A DNA stretch of 60,819 nt, the filler included, from Sphacelaria rigidula (lineage: Eukaryota), in the NCBI GenBank assembly GCA_964200075.2. It is 10 parts of 10 records of this genome, joined end to end, with 100 filler letters (N's around TTAATTAATTAA, not from the genome) between each part and the next. Parts side by side here need not be neighbours in the genome. Positions count along the whole stretch, not along the records: positions 48,737 to 54,728 come from CAXNAA020022966.1; positions 54,829 to 60,819 come from CAXNAA020022967.1; 8 more parts are not named here. One strand, 5' to 3'. Position 1 is the stretch's first letter; every line of letters starts with the position of its first letter. Position numbers and translations under genes: made by a program. Below, piece by piece: positions 48,780-60,819 of this stretch. The notes under the pieces are model-generated. The model had not been told where the DNA came from. It saw only the letters and a list, made by a program, of their open reading frames with translations, and searched no databases.

Positions 48780-48884
48780 AGAAGAAAACCTGTAAAGACG
48801 ACTTCACCTGCCCCAAGGGCTACCTGAACGTCGGCGACAAGGAGTGCAGCGGCAAGTGCGACACGCGCGAATGCTGTGAAGAAG
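48780..48884 (+). CDS. 105-nt symmetric exon 1, six-Cys repeat module
   Basis: CTGCAG acceptor and GT donor; phase 1-1; (E)KKTCKDDFTCPKGYLNVGDKECSGKCDTRECCEE. Confidence 0.8.
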
Positions 48885-49351
48885 GTGCAGTACACATATG
48901 TAGCATCAAGCATGTTGGAGCTGCGGAGGTTCGTGACAGCCAATCAGAAGAACAGTGTCTAATAACGCAGCTTTTGCGAGTACAATACGATTGTTGTACA
49001 AACAGCTGGGCAGACCCAAGCCCACAGTCTGGTTGCATGCCGCTGCCATCGTGCCTTGCTCTGGGGTTTGCACAAGAGTGTTTGGCGAGTGTGAGTGAGA
49101 GATTGAGTAGGAGAGATATTCAGGGTGGGCTATCGAGAGAGATTGAGATTAGTTGAGAGAGATTGAGTATATGAGAAAAAAGAACCGACCAGAAATGACA
49201 CGGAGCGTTCTACAGTTGTTCTTCGCCCTGAATAAGGCCTTGCGACTGCCGTTTATGGATACCAGAGTTGTGTGGACAATAACCAGCGCATCAGTGCGGC
49301 TTCTCCTCTCATACCATTCACCACATACATGCCGCCCTCTGGACACTGCAG

Positions 49352-49456
49352 AGAAGAAAACCTGTAAAGACGACTTCACCTGCCCCAAGGGCTACCTGAA
49401 CGTCGGCGACAAGGAGTGCAGCGGCAAGTGCGACATGCGCGAATGCTGTGAAGAAG
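49352..49456 (+). CDS. 105-nt symmetric exon 2, six-Cys repeat module
   Basis: CTGCAG acceptor and GTGAGT donor; differs from exon 1 by one nt (ACG>ATG, T>M). Confidence 0.85.
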
Positions 49457-50190
49457 GTGAGTGTGTCCATGAGCATGGTCTCTGGGTATAGGGGCCGTCG
49501 GCATCACACGTCAGTGCTGACGCAATCGATACCACTTTATTATAGACAACGTTCAATTTTTTATCCGAAATACTAGGGAATGGCAAGGTACCTGATGACT
49601 CTCGAATGCTGGCAAGCGCCACCGCGTACACCCAGGGCAGCTCTCCAAAGTGCTGCATTGTCGTTAGGCTTTTCCTTTTTATGCTAGCACGGTTTTACTT
49701 AATAGCGACCCCACATCATTTTCAAGATAAACGAATTCTCCAAAAAACGTGCTAGCATAATAAGTAAAAGCTTCATTACCGTCCGAACGTTTTTTACCTC
49801 TTCAAAAATGAAGCTACGCAGCGAAGCCAAGCCGCTTTACACCCGGAGAAGTCTGGACGCAGAGTTCAAAATTCCCGAAACATTCTGAGGTCTCCGAAAC
49901 AGACGGGTCTATGACGGATTATCGACGTGACTCGGGGCGGCAGTGCTAACGCTGCTTCAACGCAGTTCGAGGCTAGGCAGCGACCGTCATGACACAGTTT
50001 TGGGTTCACACGAAATGACCAGTCATTTCGGAGCTTTGAGCTCACCAACCGCTGGCCATATTAGCACGCAGCGACACCTCCGTTCTGGCCCATGTTGAGA
50101 CACGCACCAGCATTACGTCACAATGGACTGGCTCCTCACTGTAGTGCTGAAACTATCCGTCGATCATGCATTATTTCCTCGCCGTTGCAG

Positions 50191-50295
50191 AGAAGAAAAC
50201 ATGCAAGAAGGACTTCACCTGTCCGGACGGCTTCCTGAACGTCGGCGACAAGGAGTGCAGCGGCAAGTGCAACAGGAACGAATGTTGCGAGAAGG
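50191..50295 (+). CDS. 105-nt symmetric exon 3, six-Cys repeat module
   Basis: TTGCAG acceptor and GTGAGT donor; (E)KKTCKKDFTCPDGFLNVGDKECSGKCNRNECCEK; all Cys retained, several synonymous changes. Confidence 0.85.
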
Positions 50296-51159
50296 GTGAG
50301 TGTCTCTCGAAACACGACTTCCAGGTCCGAAGCGAGTAGAACATGACCGAAGGCAGCAGCAGCACCTACCTCAATGTCTGCAACAACGACTGGGTAGGGG
50401 AAAAACCTTCCACCATCCCCTTTCGGTACTGCGACGGGCACACTACAAACCCTCGCATGTAGGAATCCCCGAAAATAACTGCGCGATCACACCATCGTAC
50501 TGCCAAAAGGCATGCCAAAATAGGTTGTACTCATGATCTGGCGTGCCGCAGTCGTCACACCTTTGACCTCTCATCGCTACAAAGTCAGGATGCAGCACGC
50601 CGGTATTTCTCCGGGGCAGGCTCGCAATCACCCACCGCAAAGCACAGTGATGTGTTCGGTGGTTCGCGTGAAGGGTGGGCTGCATCCTGTTCAAAGTACG
50701 ACTATGGCTTGTGTATAATACACAACGTTCGACTGTCAACTCGACAGGAATAATTGGTCCACCACGTGGACCCAGCTTTGACGAGAGAGCTCGCAGAAGC
50801 TGCACAGTGCAGTGTTGTTGAACACTTACTTGTGCGATTGAGTAAAACAAAATGGTTGGCATTTGGCGCTTCACTTCGGCCTAATAAACACAAGAAAATA
50901 ACTTGGTTTCTTACTACTGCACAACCCAATGACAAGCTGAAGGGCTTGATTGAGCAAAGAAAACAGAGAGTGATCACGAGTTGGTATCTCAATAAACGGT
51001 CCCATATCAACAAAACCTTTCGTACTTTGAACTGAACGACTTGAACTATTCAACCTTGAACTCTTCATCAACACACTCTTGATACGGTGGACTATTCGAG
51101 TCAAGCTGTTCACTATTCTGGCATTAACAGTTCGATCTGTCGATTCATCAACCCTGCAA

Positions 51160-51263
51160 GGGTGGCCACTGGGGTGCCTGTTACCTAAAATTTGGATGTT
51201 ACAGACGTCGTGCAAGGCCTGCAGCGTCCGAATTTCAGGTTACAGGCACCCCAGTGGCCACCC
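51160..51263. repeat. ~104-nt hairpin
   Basis: GGGTGGCCACTGGGGTGCCTGT.ACCT.AAATT.GGA / TCCGAATTTCAGGTTACAGGCACCCCAGTGGCCACCC. Confidence 0.8.
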
Positions 51264-51329
51264 GGGAACGTAACCCTACGGTAAAAGGCCGTTCGTACTG
51301 TCTGTTCTACGGTCTACTTATGTTACTGT

Positions 51330-54150
51330 TCATGTTGAACCGTAACTCGATCTACCGCTAAAGTTGTGGATGGAATTGATTTCTTTCCTACACACTCCCT
51401 GAAATCTATTTCTACATCACCAAAACCAAAACATGACCATAGAGGAGTGTGTTGAACATATGATCAAACCCTTCTGCATGAACAAACTTCCCCGTAGATA
51501 TCTACTCAATTATATAAGTTACCACGAAGTTACCACTGTACATTTGAATTCCCATGATATATGCTTGTGCGAAATATAGGTCGAGTGTTCAACCTTGTAG
51601 TGTTTACCCCAGATACAACAGCTGCATGAATCATTTTTAGTCAAATAAAGTAAATCTCATCGATATTCTCCTTGCACCATGCTATACATAAAAATTGAAT
51701 ATTTTTGAATCTAGAACGAAAAGCAAATCACGATTCTGGTGGAGTGCTGGAAGATTCACGAGAAAGGTTGATATTGTAGGGTAAATACTGGTATCCATAA
51801 ACCCTGGTATTTTCAGATCATGGGCCATATACTTCCTACCATATACTGACTGCCCAGGTACTCACATATCCTCCATTATTTCACTTCTTGCTCCCCAAAT
51901 ACTGCTACTAGCTCCTTGTTGTTGGTTTGATGTGCCGTTGTTTCTTGTCTGGTAACGATTTGAGCGTCGACGTTACCAGAACGTCTTATGATGTTGTGGA
52001 TATTGTTGCCGTTGATGCTGATGCGTCCATCCATTTTTCTTCATGTATTTTTGAATCTTTCGCGATGTTGGAAGCGATGCTGGTCTCCTCTCCTCGCCAG
52101 TATCCGCCTCACTTGAATAGTTATTTCCCATAGTCCTCCCCCTGTTGCAACAGTCTTTGGTGTACTATTTTCTCGCAATATTTTGTGAGTTTGTCAGCAA
52201 TTTGATCATTATTTTATCTTCCCTTATCATATCTTTGAGATATTTTTTTTTTACAGTTAGGTGTTCGCTACTTGTGCTAAAGCGAGAAATCGACGGTAAA
52301 CTCAGTGCCCCTCGAAAGTCTGAAAACAAAGCGGGTGTTTTCATCGATGACCAGCCAAGTTCACGTAGGAGATTCAATAAACACGTTCCAAATATTCCAC
52401 ATCTGGCTAAGACTATCAGTTCTGCCTCAGTCGTTGAAGAAGCCGGGATTTTCTGCAGACTTGGAAAACAAGTTAACTAATGCGTCAGCTAAAAAGAACG
52501 TAGTTCCTGTGGTTGATTTCATTCTACCTTGTGAACCTAACTTACCGTATGAAGAATCACAATATCATCGTAGATTCAAGTTGTTCGTCGAGAAGCGACC
52601 AATTATGTTGTCGTTTGGAGATATAACATTGCTGGAATAGTACCTGCCACTTTGTGGTCCGATACACTTTGTAGTTCGTCTAGCATGGCAGCTTTCCAGT
52701 TTGTCGCAAATGGTGAAGGCAGCGCCTGTTTATAGATTGTTGGAACCGGAATGGATGAAGGTGGTACTACATCTTTGATATCGACTACACCTATATATCG
52801 GGTAACACCCTATAGAATTATGATCGAATATTGATAGTATTCAACAGAGTTGATGGCAAGTTTGCGCAATTTCCTGGCGTGGCGCGTGTTTGTTCGTTGA
52901 GATGTATCTTGATCAGGGCTACCTGCAGACGGAAGTCGCATAGGTGTAGTTCGCTCAGTAGATGAATGCTCTACTTTAGTAATACCGTCGTAGACATCGT
53001 CGTTAAAATGAAAAAATTCTTGCTGTTTATCATTTGGAAGTACGAAAATATCATCTTCATTTTCATTCCTGTTTTCTTTTCCCGAAGTAGCCTGTGTATA
53101 ATTGGACATAATTCTGGCTGCTTGTTCTATGGACGTAACATTTCTCGAACTTACAACTCGATCCGTTTCTCGATTATATATACCATAGGACGGACTATCA
53201 GAGACATAACCTACCAGGACACCCTCCCATCCCTTTTGATTCAATTTTTTAGTATGATGTTCTACGTGCACAAAAGTACGAGAGCCGATTATGCGCGAAA
53301 ATGATAGTTTGGCATGATTCCCGAGCATTTCGATGATGGAGAATTTCACCATCAACGTCACTATGAGATAGGCGGTAACGTAAAAATACAGCAGTGTAGC
53401 AGTAATCTCTACCCGTAGGTAAATTTGCTTTTTTCAATAGACATCGTGTAATGTTCATTATAGTTCTCCCGTCACGTTCCGACATCCCGTTCTGTTGCGG
53501 CGTATACGGTGCTGTATATTTTTGTAAAACCCCTGTTATTTTACAGCATTGTTCAAAAAATATGCTACGCACTCTGACCCACGAGCACTCCTCATACGTT
53601 GAAGTCGAAGTCCTTGGGAAATTGCTAGATCTTGGATGAATTCGTGAAGCATCGGTCAAGCTTCATCCTTACTTTTGATGAAATATACAACCTTCAATCT
53701 ACTGAAATAATCAGTAAACGTAGCCATATACTCAAGCTCCCCTACTGCTAAAGGTATCACTAAACCTAGAATATCAGTGCTGACAAGTTGACGACCCGTG
53801 ATATTGTCCGAGTTTATTGCTTCGGGTGATTTTTCTGTGTACTTTTATTGATCATACGAGTGTCACACGAAGCAAGCGTGCCTTCGAAGTTAACACCTGC
53901 TTCTGTAATATTTTCACACAACGCATGGCGTGTTCAGACGGGTGACCCAGTCTTCGTACCAGATAGCTGCTCTTACCCCAGTTGAGTTAATGAAAGGACC
54001 TTCGGGCTGTTGTAAATCAGTAACTTCAGTTGCATAGACAGTTACCAACCTCATGACTGTCCAAGAATGGGTTGCAGATGCCAGTGCTGTTCCATGAAAG
54101 TTATTCTCCTCTTGAATATTGTGTAATGCCCCAGCATTATTCATTGGAAC
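51330..54150 (-). mobile_element. Heavily decayed Ty1/Copia pol (integrase to RT/RNase H)
   Basis: YTAPYTPQQNGMSERDGRTIMNITRCLL (integrase core); KKLNQKGWEGVLVGY..YGIYN..RVVSSRNVT (SH3-like); PTIYKQAL..NWKAAMLDE (RT start); many stops; AT-rich. Confidence 0.85.
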
Positions 54151-55319
54151 TGATATTTTTAGGGTTTGATACTGGCGCGCGGCGCCAGTACACAAGAGCA
54201 AAAAATAGGTTGGTTTTGGCTATGGTAATTCACCAATAAACCGTGCCGAGAGAGTCAATTTTCTTTCAATTTTGGCCGAGGAAAAAATTCGATGTACACA
54301 TGTTGCATTTTTCTGTCAGCACTTCACGTATTGAGAGTTGAGAGTGTGTGTCTTAGAGTCGCCGGAAAAAAACCAACAGCAAGGCAGCAAGCCAGGATTA
54401 AATCGTAGGATCGTAAAATGTCGGCGTCTCAATCTAGAATCCAATTAAAAGTAGTGGTGCCCCCGCTTCAACACCCCTTGCTGACAAACCTATGATGAAC
54501 AGCAACCACCACCAGCAGAACTAACAAACGGGTGAAGTACAAAGCACTAGAAAGCACGCTGAATAAAGAAGGCGGCGATCTTAGAAGAGTTCTGCGTGCC
54601 ATCGCGGACGTACGTAAGCCAAAATGTACTGGCGGTACTGGCGGCTCCGAAACCATTTAGAACAACAAATTGTACGAATTGAGGTTTAACTCCGAGATGA
54701 GGTTCAAGCCTTAAACAGTGCTTTCCCCNNNNNNNNNNNNNNNNNNNNNNNNNNNNNNNNNNNNNNNNNNNNTTAATTAATTAANNNNNNNNNNNNNNNN
54801 NNNNNNNNNNNNNNNNNNNNNNNNNNNNATCGCAACGACGTAGTCAGTCCATTGCAACAAAATATCCCCTCTTTCAGGAAAAACCGATTTGTGCTTGAAA
54901 CAGTTACAGTTCCGAAATGCCCTCCCCTGGCGTAAAAATGCTTTGTGCGTAATCTCACCAACCAGACCGCCGAAATCCTCGAATTGGGTACTGTACGATG
55001 GCTGCATGCGCGGGATGTGTGCTCAAGCAAGCAAGAAAGAAAGGAAGTTGCCTGTTAGGAACGCTAGAGCACCCACTGTGAATCTGAAACTACGCTCTGA
55101 ATCTCACGAATAGAGTGTTTAATATGGATGTACATGATATATATATATAATATAGTATATGCGTCCGCCAACGCTTCGGCAGAAAAACAGGGGACACACG
55201 GCTGGGTGTTCCCCCCCCTCCCCCTCAAAAACTCGAATTTCCGACCTTGGGGCCTACGTGTCCCGAAATATATTTGTGACAGACCCTTGTGTTGAATGAT
55301 CAATTTTGATGGGAACATA

Positions 55320-55830
55320 ACAACCGATGGCTTAAAAGATCCTCATAAATGAGGGTGTCACGCAGGAGAAAACAAAAAGGGGAACATATATTTTCGTCAT
55401 GAGTTATGCCTTAATGTTCATGATTTTGGACGTTACCGTTGGGCTGGCTTGGGGTAAACTTTCGAACGAATATTGCACTGTGGAATAGTCAGTTTGATTG
55501 AAATATAACAAACGATGGCTTAAAAGAACCGTATGGATAAGGATGCCACGCAGGAGAAAACGAAACGGACAAAAAATGTTTTCGTAATGAGTGATGCCTT
55601 TTTATCCATGATTTTGGACGTGACCCTTGGGCTGGCTCGGGGTGAACTTTCGAACGAATATTTTCGTGTAGAATCGTCAATTTTGACTGGACTGCAACAG
55701 CCGATGGCTTCAAAGGACCGTATGGATAAGGGTGTCACGCACGAGAAAACGAAACGGAAAAAATAAACATGTTTGCAATGAGTTATGCCTAAATGTCCAT
55801 ATTACCCTTGGGCCGAATCAAGGGCTCGTT
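55320..55830. repeat. Tandem satellite-like repeat, ~188-bp unit, ~2.7 copies
   Basis: CGATGGCTT(A/C)AA, CACGCA(G/C)GAGAAAAC and ATGAGT(T/G)ATGCCT recur at ~188-nt spacing. Confidence 0.85.
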
Positions 55831-56213
55831 TACCCGAGGTGCCCCTCTTCAAATACCCATATCTCGAGATTGCGGACGCTGATTCAAAATTCAAATAAAT
55901 CGTGCGCATCGCCTGATTCATGGCTACCTTTTTTAACTGATCCCACGGTTTTATGCTAAATAATGGGTTCGGATACATATTCCCCCGTGAAGACGTGGTG
56001 CTCGTTTTTCGACGTGCGCTACCGCAACTTGTGTTTGCTTCCCGCATATGCAACCGGCACCTGACGAAAGCTGCACTCTTCAGGTTTCATTTGATGTATC
56101 CAAGTTACGTATGTGTTGCGGTGATATAAATATAATGGTGTCTACAGCGGGCTTGAAGCTTTTGGTAGCACTACAAAACAGGTATTTGTTGGGGGGGGGG
56201 GGCACTTGTGTAC

Positions 56214-56461
56214 TGTGACGCCAGCCAGTGGAAGCACTATTGGATCACTGCTGTTGAGGGACTCCCCAGTCTCACTGGCCTCAGTTTCAGTGATCAGCCT
56301 TTACAATATTCTCATTATTCAGGAGTGACCTTCCAAGGCACCCACCTAGACACGCCAGGGCATCAACCTAGTATCCTCGGTCATTATCCAGATCATCAAT
56401 ACCAACGGTCGTTATCCACATCAATACTATCAACTCAACGTAACGACGTATTTTTGTCACA
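56214..56461 (-). mobile_element. 3' LTR (248 bp) of chromovirus-like Gypsy element
   Basis: TGTGAC...GTCACA terminal inverted repeat; purine-rich GGGGA just upstream on the minus strand; homologous to 9244-9503. Confidence 0.8.
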
Positions 56462-56529
56462 GCATCCCCAAAGCGCGTTGGATGAAAATCGATCAACAAG
56501 CTTGACACATAGAAAACGCCAAGACGATG

Positions 56530-57765
56530 AGTAAGTCACAATTGAATACCAAACTCACTCGTAATCCGAGCAGCAACGGCACGAGTCACGCGCAATTTAC
56601 GCAACCATTTCGTAAGAATTTCCAAAGCGGCCTAAAAATATCCTTGAAAGGCTCCCACGTACGCTCCTCAACTTCGAAACCAACCCAGTCGACCAACACG
56701 ATCAACGAAAGATCATCTGCTTCTGCTACTCGGACAATACCAGCCATCTGAAATTGCCCCCGATTGAAAGCATGCCGGAACACGTACTTAACGTCAGCCG
56801 TTACATGAAGCTGCGAGTCTGCAAAGACGCAAGCGAGCTACATGGGCGGTCTGAATATGACCCGAAACAATGTTCTGAATCTCAAACACGTGCGGATAGT
56901 GAGCACCAACCACTTTCCATGGACCAGTCTAAGTCGCCATCAACTTGGGCGTAACACCCGGACGACGCACGCGTACATACAAGACATAGTCGCCTACCTT
57001 AAATTCGGCAGTTCCAGCCCCGACAAGGACCCCTCACGTCTACGCGCTCGTTCAGCGGCAATACGTTCCTGCAATTGAACGTGGAAACATTCTTGCAATT
57101 CCAAGACTCCTTGCATTGCACTGTTAATTTGAGCATCGTCCAAAACGTAACACTTCCATTCCCCCGCCGATGAAGATGCCAGCACCGAGAAAGACGTCCG
57201 AGGGGCACGACCAAACATCACGTGGTACAGCGTACTATCGTAACGACGACGATACGCTGTTTTAAGCACCCACTGCACCGCCGGCAACATTTCCACCCAC
57301 TGGGAAACCGCTCTACGCTGCTTGAGAAGAGTAGAGCGAAGAGCACGAACTACTTCCTTGACCATGCGTTCGCACGTACCGTTAGACCACGGAGAATACG
57401 CTACCGCGAACTGGTGATCAACGCGCAAAGCCTCTCGCAATTGGGCCAAGATCGCGTTCTTGAAATGCGTGGCGGTATCACTCACCCACACACGGGGCAC
57501 CCTCAAAATTTTGCACCAATTCAGCAAAGATGCAGCGGTCGATTCAGCAGTACACACTGCTACTGGTTCCAGAGCCACCAATTTGCTCAAATCATCCATG
57601 ATTACCAAAATGTATCGAAACCCAGCACCCTCCGACAAACCTTGGGAAGCTAGCGGGCCACTCTCGCCCACGTACAAGAAGTCAAAATGAACGACTTCAT
57701 TCGGCGTGGTCCCATGGACCGTTTCGCCGAGCGGGCGGGAAACAACATCGCGCTCCTTAGAGTCG
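56530..57765 (-). mobile_element. Gypsy integrase core + chromodomain (degenerate)
   Basis: YILVIMDDLSK..VWVSDTATHFKN..AYSPWSNGTCERMV (rve DDE core); then HVFRVIFRPPM..HASRL-like region and chromodomain-like LVDWVGFEVEERTWEP. Confidence 0.92.
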
Positions 57766-58399
57766 GCACAACTATGGGTGTGAATGGGGCCCGATTTTGG
57801 GCACTATATATCGGTAAAATGGACAAACCACACTCCACTGCAGAAAAGATGACCCGTAATCAAGCCACTCGTATCAATCACAAATACAGATGTCATCTCC
57901 AAATATCGACCTCGCCCATATGAAACGCAGTCTATCTTCGGTACATATTTACAAGCCTGCGAGTGGTCGGTGTCGCAGAAATGTAGTTGCTCCGGCGACT
58001 GCACTGATATATCGTTGTGTGCTTGTATCGTTGACCTGTTGCACTCGGGAAGCACACGCCCACTACGTTCCACCCCACATTCACCCTCCTTCTCAACATC
58101 GGCAGTCAAGAACACGAAAAGTGGCAACAGTTGCGGGCGTCAACCACAACACCAAGCCCAATAGACCCTTTTACTCACATACCGCAGAAACGAAGCAGCA
58201 GAGAATATTCAGACAATTTGCACAAACAGTGTCGAGTATCATGGAACAAGTGAGAATCATGTAGACGACGTTGACGAAGAAAAAGCGATTCACGCTGTGC
58301 GGCTGGGCTGCTCATTACATACTCCCCACCTTTCGGTGATGGCGAGTTTGGAGAGCAATTACTTGATGGGCCCGATGGGCTCAGGGTCGTGGCACGAGT

Positions 58400-59490
58400 G
58401 GAAGAAATCACTTTTGTGTTCTCCACTCCTGAACGCAAACCGTCAACGGTAAACTTCACCTCTGCAACACAAGACACAAGACGTTCGGAGCTATCAGCGT
58501 TAAACCATCACGTTGCCTTTTGTGTCATGCTGACTACCATGGCAGCGCAAAAGGAGCGCTGCGTAATCAAGGCATCCACATATCCATTTTACATTACATC
58601 GGCACAGAACAAGAGCTGGGAGGCGCATGTTGGCCCAAATGCCCTTGCTCATTCTTGCTTTCTAGTATCTAGTCCCAAACCAAGCATTCGATCGAAACTT
58701 CAACTTGCCAACCGCGATGTTTACATATTGCTGTTAGTGTACACAGGCGGCAGTGGCAACGAACATCATGGCTGCTGCTATTAGTCCGTGAAGTGCGGTA
58801 CACAGACGATGGTCAAAACCGCTCTTTACACGTGGGCTCCTGCGCTTAATCCGTCCGACGTACGCTCAGGCGATTTTCATGTGTGACCTTGCTCACTGCA
58901 GTTCGAGAGGTGGCGGGTACTTGCTGTTGTAACACGAAGTTGCTTTGCACAGCAACACAGAGGAAACCAGCACGTAGTTTGTGATTAATGTACACAGGCA
59001 GTAGTGACAGCATATTTTCTCCGATTGTTGTTGACGTACAGAGGCAATGCACAAATATCCCGCCTGTCCAGTCTCATAGTTCCCTTCTGTTATCTCGTTA
59101 TTAATGCACGCAGGCAGTATGGCAGCAAACGTCATGACTGCCTTCGGTCTATCAAAGGCAGTGCATCGAACATAGAAGAGACCGCGCTTGAAGCCCTGGC
59201 TTGTGCGCTCGACAGCGTAGACACAACACAGCCGATTTTGATCAGAGCAAACTATATGGTTCGTGCTACTTTATGTTGGGAGAATGAATTGCCCCTTGTA
59301 CACAGGCGCATCCAAGAAATCAGTACCACATAGCAGGACGAAAGATACATACACATACCCTTCAAAACGAATTTTGTCCCGTGTTGCGTTGTTCACGTAT
59401 TGTTATTAGTACTCACAGTCAGTTACCAAAAACATCATTGCTGTCTCCCGACTGTGAAAGGACCAAAGAACCACAATGGAAATTGGGCGC
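58400..59490 (+). pseudogene. Possible Mutator/MULE-like transposase remnant
   Basis: RCVIKASTYPFYITSAQNKSWEAHVGPNALAHSC resembles the MuDR/FAR1 C..PF.i....W.......H.C domain; downstream frames are broken. Weak. Confidence 0.3.
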
Positions 59491-60309
59491 ACCGGCTTAG
59501 CCTATGCGTTGGACCTAAGACTCTGACATGAAACAGACGCGTCACACTTTTCGGTGACCGCGTTGAGCATTTCGATGGCCGCCTTGAGTTCTTTTTCAGC
59601 CGTCTCCGCGCGTTGAGGCGCCGCCTTGACCTTGCGCACGGCTGTCAAGGAACAGGATAAGTCTTGACCGGTTCTTTCCTTGTACTTCGTCCATGCTGCG
59701 CGGGAGTCCGCTTTTTCTTGAGTTTCGAAACACCGAGCTTTTGAGAATTCCAAACCTTTCATCTCGATAAACGCCGCTAGTCCTGCAGCCGCAAGTGCCG
59801 ACCTTTCAACTGTATTTTCTCGGCAACGGGGCAGAGGATTGGACTGCGGTTTGATGCGTGCGCTTCCCATACACCGGAACTATTCAGTGTGGCGATGGGT
59901 TTCCGTACGCGTGCCGCGGGGCCTGCAGCACTTTGCAAACCGCTGCACCAAGCACAAAATGTTCTGAAAAGCGCGTCTCCTGCAACGTCCTGGGGCTTTT
60001 CGGATCCCCTGTGGCGAATGGAGCAAATCCGCTTGCGGTACTGAATGGGTCTAGTGTGTGTGTGCGGGGGGCTGTGGAGTTCCAGAGGCCGCTGTGCTTC
60101 CCGTCTCGAGATAATTGTGGTGAAAACAATTACATCTTTCGCCTACTTAACCTAAGTGGCTTGGGATGAAGCGTGTGTCATTTTCGGCAAAGGTTCGGTA
60201 GAGGTTTGGCACAGGCCAGACCAGTCTATGACATATTCAATACGTCTTCAAGATTCGTCCGCATTCATTTACTTTTTGTGAGAAGCGGAGTTTTGGTCGG
60301 TAAGGCCTT

Positions 60310-60720
60310 CCTTCACCCCCATGACAGCGAAGACACTGGCGGACAAATTCGCGCACATGAGTTTCTATCCCCTGCCAGACACAAAATTCTTGCAAGCGCA
60401 CGAGCGTCGCAGCCACACCACGATGGCCGGCGTCGCGCATGTGCGCGCAAATCATCAGACGTACATGCAACTGCTTGTCAGAACTCGAAATGCACAAAAC
60501 GTTCCGGCCACGCACATGCACACGAAACGGACCTGTATTGTCCAAGATAGCAGTACCAACGTCCGTCTCGAAAGATTGCACATCCGCATCTTCGGCCCCA
60601 AAGTCTTTTCGTTGCTCTTAGCGGACAACAGACTTGAACGGCATCGAGTCATCAGGTTCACACGCACAGCCACAGGGCGCACAGGCATTTCAATTTTAAC
60701 TGTAGGCACCTGCATGACCA
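60310..60720 (-). mobile_element. Gypsy integrase H2C2 fragment
   Basis: DKQLHVRLMICAHMRDAGHRGVAATLVRLQEFCVWQGIETHVREFVRQCLRC; paralogous to 25089-25360. Confidence 0.85.
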
Positions 60721-60819
60721 AACTACCCCGATGGCAGAGGCATCCTACGATAGGGTGTACTCATGATCATGCTTGCCATAGTCATCAGACCATTGACCTC
60801 GCATCCCTACAAAGCCGGG

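Noticed and set aside
59502..59870. 122-aa coiled-coil-like ORF
   Set aside because: Probably a TE ORF fragment but unassignable; no diagnostic motif.
1..60819. Functional linkage among the globin, GH16, dyskerin and Cys-repeat genes
   Set aside because: They lie on different, arbitrarily concatenated contigs.

Overview
This is not one locus. It is ten unrelated ~5,992-bp contigs joined by 100-nt artificial spacers (N44-TTAATTAATTAA-N44), so nothing can be inferred from neighbourhood across spacers. The DNA is eukaryotic, intron-rich and repeat-dense. It is most consistent with a stramenopile, probably a brown alga; this is inferred from GT-AG exons in long introns, a signal peptide plus AAA-FAP plastid-targeting motif and the general TE landscape. 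Recognisable host gene pieces are: the three 3' exons of dyskerin/CBF5 (minus strand, 32.5-36.3 kb); a globin G/H-helix exon with probable downstream exons (0.1-3.9 kb); a GH16-like exon (21.6 kb); probable first exons of a plastid-targeted protein (15.6-15.9 kb); an orphan terminal exon (44.4 kb); and three symmetric 105-nt exons each encoding a 35-aa six-cysteine module (48.8-50.3 kb). The rest is decayed mobile DNA: chromodomain-bearing Ty3/Gypsy elements with ~250-bp LTRs, Ty1/Copia elements, gag-like ORFs, tRNA-derived SINEs, many MITE/foldback elements, a Helitron-like fragment in a long hairpin, and mini/microsatellites. The best candidate for an undescribed system is the cassette-like Cys-rich exon array. 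All calls are by eye, with no database searches.
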